Positions 26,237 through 30,734 of a DNA stretch of 30,734 bases are shown piece by piece. How positions within the stretch are numbered: the stretch's first letter is position 1; every line of letters begins with the position of its first letter. The notes beneath the pieces were generated by a model, which had not been told where the DNA came from, ran no database searches, and saw only the letters and a program-made list of their open reading frames with translations. Source of the stretch: Terriglobales bacterium (GTDB lineage Bacteria; Acidobacteriota; Terriglobia; Terriglobales; Acidobacteriaceae); contig DATLKS010000989.1 of assembly GCA_035538255.1 (NCBI GenBank), forward strand, positions 1-30,734, in the 5' to 3' direction. A program made the translations under genes and the position numbers.

Positions 26237-26328
26237 TGCAACAGACTCTCCGTGGGCTGAAGAATAACTCTAAATGACTGGAGATTCTTGTAGTTTCAGT
26301 GGGCGAATTTGAGAAGCGCACGTGCGCA

Positions 26329-26496
26329 TCAGCCCTGAATGGCTTTATCCACCAGCATTACGGGGATGTCATCCACAATTGGATAGATACGGCTGCACTT
26401 TGCGCAGCGCAGCCCGTCCTGTTTCTCAGTCAGTTTCACTGGTTGTTTGCAGTCTGGACAAACCAGGATATCGAGCAACTCCTTAGACACGGGCAC
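26329..26496 (-). CDS. Trm112-family protein (55 aa; absent from the ORF track)
   Basis: MPVSKELLDILVCPDCKQPVKLTEKQDGLRCAKCSRIYPIVDDIPVMLVDKAIQG: LxxLVCPxCK...LxCxxC.R.YPI.D.IPVML signature with four Cys. Confidence 0.92.
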   Translation of the reverse strand: MPVSKELLDILVCPDCKQPVKLTEKQDGLRCAKCSRIYPIVDDIPVMLVDKAIQG

Positions 26497-26502
26497 ACTC
26501 AG

Positions 26503-26508
26503 ATTCTA
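26503..26508 (-). promoter_or_regulatory. -10 box of a probable leaderless trm112 promoter
   Basis: TAGAAT followed by 6 nt and then GTG 26496. Confidence 0.55.
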
Positions 26509-26516
26509 ACCTCTGA

Positions 26517-27827
26517 TCACTTCTGAACCCAGGTTTTCCCAGCGTCGGTTGTGGTCCATCTCCCGTCTTTAGCGACAACTGTCAGGCTGTTCACAGCCGT
26601 GAGCATGAGGCTTTGGATGGATTCCTGCCACGGACCATCGATCCTCGTCCAAGTTTCTCCTGCGTCGGAGCTGTGAAAGAGCACGGGACGCTGCTGCCAC
26701 TGGGCCGCCGACAGATCAGGCTTCGATCCTCCTGCCCACACTTCGATTCCTTGCGCCGCCACCGTGCGGATCTTTACGCCCGGCGCCGGTTCAACTGCTT
26801 GTAACGTGCCGTTCGTTGAGCGGCGCTGGAGCTGGCCATTTGCAGATATGGTCCAATGCGCGATTGGAGCAAAGTCGTAAGCGCCGCGGGTCGAAACTGC
26901 TCCCGCAATTCCTGCAGTTGCGGGCGACGCGACTGCCTTCATCGCCGATGCAGTGGGCGGCGCCGCACGCGCCTGAAGAGTCACGTCGGACGGGCTGGTG
27001 TAATTGGACGCGACCGAACTGCTTCTGTTGCGTGCATCTGCTAGCTGTGCTTTTGCGGATGCAGGAGCAGAAGGTTCAGCAGCGGACGAAGGTGCCATTA
27101 TCTTTTGCGGCGAAGCTGACGGAATATTTGACAAAACGCGGCTGCCGCTCAGCGGGTTCTCAATTGATTGATTCCGCGCGTTCGCAACATTCCCATCGGC
27201 GAACGCATCAGCCGTTTGTAGCCCGCCCTGCTGAGGCTTTTGTTGCGGACCCGCGCTCCCAATCAGGCCGCCTACCACGGCCTCACTCTTGGTTTTTTTA
27301 GACTCCACTGCGCCAGCCGACGAGTAATGATCCAGCCGTGCAACGATATGCGCACTGCGTGTCTTGGGCGAAGCTTCTGGCGCTTCGCGCGTTATTTTCT
27401 GAGCCGGGGCATGAGACGCGATTTCAGTAGCAACGGATGGCGCCTTCTCAGCGCTTGTGTTTCGGGCCCGGCTAGCCAATGGGAGAGCCGGTTTTCCCTG
27501 GTGTTCGTAAGACAGAACACCGATGCCAATCGCCACAGCCAAAACCGCTGCCGCCGAAGCCCAGCGCATCGCTGCGGGGAACTTGATTGCGCTCCGTGAT
27601 GGCAAAACTGCGGCAGAGGGTTGCGTCTCAGCCGCTTCCCGGGTCGCAAGCGCCACCGCGTGGCGGCAAGATGAGCACATCGCCAGGTGCGACAAGACGC
27701 GCTGCTGCTCCGGAGCTCGGAGCCCGTGCTCAATGAATGCAACCAGTGTGTCTGCCGCGGGATGCTCTGCGCTGGACGGCAGCTGCGCCGCAAGCCGTTG
27801 TTTCAAAATGTGCTCAAAACGTTCCAA
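26517..27827 (-). CDS. Putative zinc-binding anti-sigma factor: ZAS/zf-HC2, TM, A/S/P linker, Asp-box (YCF48-like) domain
   Basis: H...HLAMCSSC; TM segment WASAAAVLAVAIGIGVLSY; Asp boxes SSDAGETW and TTDAGKTW; directly downstream of the ECF sigma. Confidence 0.8.
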   Translation of the reverse strand: MERFEHILKQRLAAQLPSSAEHPAADTLVAFIEHGLRAPEQQRVLSHLAMCSSCRHAVALATREAAETQPSAAVLPSRSAIKFPAAMRWASAAAVLAVAIGIGVLSYEHQGKPALPLASRARNTSAEKAPSVATEIASHAPAQKITREAPEASPKTRSAHIVARLDHYSSAGAVESKKTKSEAVVGGLIGSAGPQQKPQQGGLQTADAFADGNVANARNQSIENPLSGSRVLSNIPSASPQKIMAPSSAAEPSAPASAKAQLADARNRSSSVASNYTSPSDVTLQARAAPPTASAMKAVASPATAGIAGAVSTRGAYDFAPIAHWTISANGQLQRRSTNGTLQAVEPAPGVKIRTVAAQGIEVWAGGSKPDLSAAQWQQRPVLFHSSDAGETWTRIDGPWQESIQSLMLTAVNSLTVVAKDGRWTTTDAGKTWVQK

Positions 27828-27899
27828 ACTGCCTCAATTCCTGTCCTTGCTGGCTGAACGCCAAAACCACTCCATCTTGCGCCGTATGGCAACAAAAAT

Positions 27900-28796
27900 T
27901 CAGGAACTATTCTGTCGAGGAGGCTGCAGTCGCGAGCGGACATCCAGCCCCAAATCGCGCACGTCAGCTTCCATGGCCTCCTGCGCCTGGCGACGGCTCA
28001 TTCCGCGTCGCTCCAATTCCTTGCGAGTCCGCTTACGGAGTTCTTTGAGCAGCTTCTCCAGCTTTCGACTGATGGTGGACTCGTGGACTCCCAGCATGTG
28101 GCCGATTTCGGCCAGGCGGCAACCATCGAGAAAATACGACGACAGCAGAAATCGCTCTTCGACGGACACTGACGCCAATATCATGTCAACCGATTCTTTA
28201 ACGCGCGCATCGATTTGCGCAGGGGCTACGGTCTCCGCCGCCGCGAACTGCATCCCGTGCTCTTCTTCCTCCTCTTCGATACTGACCAGCCGCTTGCCAG
28301 TGCGAATTTGATTCACATAGCTCTGCGCCAGGACCATTCGCAACCACCCGGCCAGCGAGCCACGCCCAGAATAGAGAGCCAGTTTTGAACGGCGTTCTTC
28401 CGGCGGCCCCAAACCGTATAACTCCGCATAAAGGGAGTCGGCAAGTTCACGACCGATCGACTCGCTCCGAGTGATGCTCCGCGCCGACTGATAGATCGAT
28501 TCGCGGTATCGAGTCAAGAAAACATCCCAGGCGTGCTGATCTCCGCCGACGCAGCCATGCGCCAAGGCAAGTTCATCGATCCTGAGGCTAGAAAGAAAGG
28601 CTGCGATCTCCTCGGGAGTTGCGCCGGTCACCTCCTCGGTTCGGCTCACGACTCGCCGAAGGATGTCGAGGAATTGTTCCTGAGAAATCGAGTAAGCGGA
28701 AGCACCGCTGCGGTCATAGAGCTCAGCCGCCTGCCGAAGGTCTATCCGTACCTCGACGACAGATCCAGGACGCGTGCTGCTCTGGGCCACGGGCAT
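27900..28796 (-). CDS. ECF-type sigma-70 factor with N-terminal extension
   Basis: Region 2-like ELALAHGCVGGDQHAWDVF...YSGRGSLAGWLRMVLA and region 4 HTH YFLDGCRLAEIGHMLGVHESTISRKL. ATG 28796 preferred (track start 28901). Confidence 0.88.
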   Translation of the reverse strand: MPVAQSSTRPGSVVEVRIDLRQAAELYDRSGASAYSISQEQFLDILRRVVSRTEEVTGATPEEIAAFLSSLRIDELALAHGCVGGDQHAWDVFLTRYRESIYQSARSITRSESIGRELADSLYAELYGLGPPEERRSKLALYSGRGSLAGWLRMVLAQSYVNQIRTGKRLVSIEEEEEEHGMQFAAAETVAPAQIDARVKESVDMILASVSVEERFLLSSYFLDGCRLAEIGHMLGVHESTISRKLEKLLKELRKRTRKELERRGMSRRQAQEAMEADVRDLGLDVRSRLQPPRQNSS

Positions 28797-28822
28797 ATTA
28801 GACAAGACTTGCGGCTCAGCGG

Positions 28823-28831
28823 ATGGTAGCA
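28823..28831 (-). promoter_or_regulatory. Candidate extended -10 for the ECF operon
   Basis: TGcTACCAT 26 nt upstream of ATG 28796. Confidence 0.35.
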
Positions 28832-28923
28832 AATTTTGCTGCAGGCCGTAGCCGAATCGACGTTCTTTTCTCAAATCAGCGAGGCCCTCCCCCGACAACA
28901 CCTCGCAATGGCGGAGGCGAAGT

Positions 28924-30084
28924 ATGTCCCGGCCCCTCTTGTCCCGTTTTGGTATGCCAGTAACTCTGGTCTTAGTCTGCTCCTCGCTACTTTGGGGAGG
29001 TAATCCCCACCCGAGCTATAAAGTCTTGAGCCCGATTTCCCACGGCAATCTCACGATTTTTCCGGTAGTCAGTTCGAACACTCACGACACCAGTGAGTTC
29101 ATCACGTTGGATGAGGGTATTCGGTCGGCCGAAGTCGTTATCACGGAAGCTGGACGAGTTGGCGGCCTGATCCGTGGGCCGCATCACAGAGTTCCGGTCT
29201 CTGGTCCGCAGGTAAACAGTCTTGTTCTGGTGAACAATTCGAAGCATCCGCTGATCCTGCTCGCAGGTGAAATCGTCACCGGAGGCAAGCAGGACCGCGT
29301 AGTAGGAAAAGATCGCGTGATTCCGGCAGAGAGCGATCCGGTCGACCTCGGCGTGTTTTGCGTTGAACCTGGCCGGTGGACGGAGAGTTCGGTCCAGTTC
29401 TCCACAATGAAATCGCAGATGGCACAGCCCAGCGTGCGCCGTAAAGCGATGATTGCACAGGATCAGCGCCAGGTGTGGGACTCTGTCGGCTTCGCAAATG
29501 GCGCGGTGCTTGGAGCGATCACGGGTCACGGCACAAACGCAGCTCCAGCGTCTGCAGGTCCATCGTCGTACGCGAAAACCTTTGACGACGAGAAGGTGCG
29601 CAAAATAATCGCTGAGCAAGCCGCTCCGGTTGAGCAGTCGTATAGCTCGCTGATCAAGCAGCTTCGCGATCAGCATGCAGTTGGTGTGGTCGTTGCCGTC
29701 GGAGGGCAGCTCATCTGGGCCGACTTGTTCGCAAGCACTCCGCTGCTCGATAAATATTGGCCGAAGTTGGTACGCTCCTACGCCGCAGAGGCTGTCACAA
29801 CCCACACCGCGGCTAAGCCCGTGAGCATTGCCGAAGCGCAGCAATTTCTGGACAAAACTGAAGGCACACGGGAAATGATCGAGAGCGAGCCTGGTGTATA
29901 CCGCCAGTCAGAAATAATAGCTACGAACTTCAAGCTGTTTACGCTGGCAACGTTACTGCCCGGCACGGGTTTCGATCTGCACATCAGCAAGATTGCGGAT
30001 GTGAACGCGATGACTCCCGAAATAGGAAAATTGAGCGCCCCATCGGAGTCTGGAGCGACTCGCACTGAGCGAAACAGGGAATAA
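28924..30084 (+). CDS. Exported DUF6569/ARPP-1-like protein
   Basis: SD GGAGG; hydrophobic N-terminus; NLTIFPV, ITLDEG, VNSLVLVNNSKHPLILLAGEIVTGGKQDRVV, VFCVEPGRW. Family recognised from memory. Confidence 0.7.
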   Translation: MSRPLLSRFGMPVTLVLVCSSLLWGGNPHPSYKVLSPISHGNLTIFPVVSSNTHDTSEFITLDEGIRSAEVVITEAGRVGGLIRGPHHRVPVSGPQVNSLVLVNNSKHPLILLAGEIVTGGKQDRVVGKDRVIPAESDPVDLGVFCVEPGRWTESSVQFSTMKSQMAQPSVRRKAMIAQDQRQVWDSVGFANGAVLGAITGHGTNAAPASAGPSSYAKTFDDEKVRKIIAEQAAPVEQSYSSLIKQLRDQHAVGVVVAVGGQLIWADLFASTPLLDKYWPKLVRSYAAEAVTTHTAAKPVSIAEAQQFLDKTEGTREMIESEPGVYRQSEIIATNFKLFTLATLLPGTGFDLHISKIADVNAMTPEIGKLSAPSESGATRTERNRE

Positions 30085-30170
30085 ATTACCTGAGAGCAGG
30101 GAAAAACTTCCCTTCGTTTCTGGCCGCAACTTGGTCCCCCGGTCGGCCCTGTCCCCAGTAACCATTCGCT
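30067..30170. repeat. Inverted heptamer-array element overlapping the DUF6569 3' end
   Basis: GAGCGAA ACAGGGA ATAAATT ACCTGAG AGCAGGG ... TTGGTCC CCCGGTC GGCCCTG TCCCCAG TAACCAT TCGCT. CTGTCCCCAGTAACC nearly equals the 9044-9058 arm. Confidence 0.6.
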
Positions 30171-30386
30171 TAGTCTCGACTTTACGAAACCAAGTAGCCG
30201 CTGCTTACGTATAGCAAATATGCGGGTCTAACGAGATGAGGCACAAAGGTAACGACCAGGGACAACCTTGGTGATAGGACTGTAGATACTTACTTTCGTG
30301 TGTCCAGAAAGAGGAAACTGCAACAAATGATCAGCCAAGTGAGTCTAATGTTGCAGGAAGCAAGTAGGGTCGGAGGTGACCTGAAA

Positions 30387-30614
30387 ATGGTGGAAAAGTT
30401 CTCAATCGCCGAATTGTCCGCGCTGCGCAACGAATTGATGCAGAACGGTCTGGATTCGTGGCAGGCGGCAGAGCTGTTCCATGTGTTCCTTTCGGGCCGC
30501 GGCTACGGAGTGTCTTCGAATGCGGCTATCGATGCCGCCACGCGCGTCGAGGAAGCGGGGTGCTCGATTGACGTCCTGCAGCGCGAGCTTGAGACTTTGG
30601 CCATGGTCATGTAA
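30387..30614 (+). CDS. Small hypothetical protein (75 aa)
   Basis: Strong SD GGAGGTGA 7 nt before ATG 30387; MVEKFSIAELSALRNELMQNGLDSWQAAEL...; terminator downstream. Confidence 0.78.
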   Translation: MVEKFSIAELSALRNELMQNGLDSWQAAELFHVFLSGRGYGVSSNAAIDAATRVEEAGCSIDVLQRELETLAMVM

Positions 30615-30675
30615 CCGACCGCAAAGATTGTTCCGTTCCGCCGGCGGTGAGGCTGACGGACAGGACATGCAATAC

Positions 30676-30708
30676 GAGCCGGGCGAACCTGCCCGGCTCT
30701 TTGCTTTG
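30676..30708 (+). terminator. Intrinsic terminator
   Basis: GAGCCGGGC-gaacct-GCCCGGCTC followed by TTTGCTTT. Confidence 0.75.
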
Positions 30709-30734
30709 CAGCCGCTAGCTACTGGCTGCTGACT

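Noticed and set aside
30235-30300. Possible c-di-GMP-I riboswitch
   Set aside because: Only one hairpin; the GNRA tetraloop/receptor and conserved GCAAA/GG elements could not be placed.
1-30734. Prophage, IS, integron, defence island, rRNA
   Set aside because: No integrase, transposase, phage structural, cas or rRNA-like sequence recognised.

Overview
GC-rich bacterial chromosomal window, most likely Acidobacteriota (Terriglobia-like; inferred from protein style, not from a search). It holds core genes (yiaK-like dehydrogenase, selD, rpoD, purH, trpE, folD, coaE, htrA, trm112), a CDF/SemiSWEET/GT39/GT2/oxidoreductase envelope cluster, a PadR operon, uncharacterised secreted proteins, a Zn-ribbon-rhomboid-TPR protease, and an ECF sigma/zinc-finger anti-sigma pair divergent from a DUF6569-like gene. 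No rRNA, tRNA, CRISPR array, transposase or integrase was recognised. Signals the ORF track misses: (1) selD extends to ATG 2304 through an in-frame UGA at the catalytic position with a SECIS-like hairpin, so it is a probable selenoprotein; (2) at least five intergenic elements made of inverted, 7-bp-periodic arrays, two overlapping gene 3' ends and one supplying a candidate -10 box; (3) a sigma-54-type promoter ahead of a two-gene secreted-protein operon; (4) a small membrane-protein gene broken by an in-frame TAG; (5) an orphan antitoxin with a possible toxin relic; (6) an unlisted Trm112 gene and a recurrent leaderless-mRNA signature.
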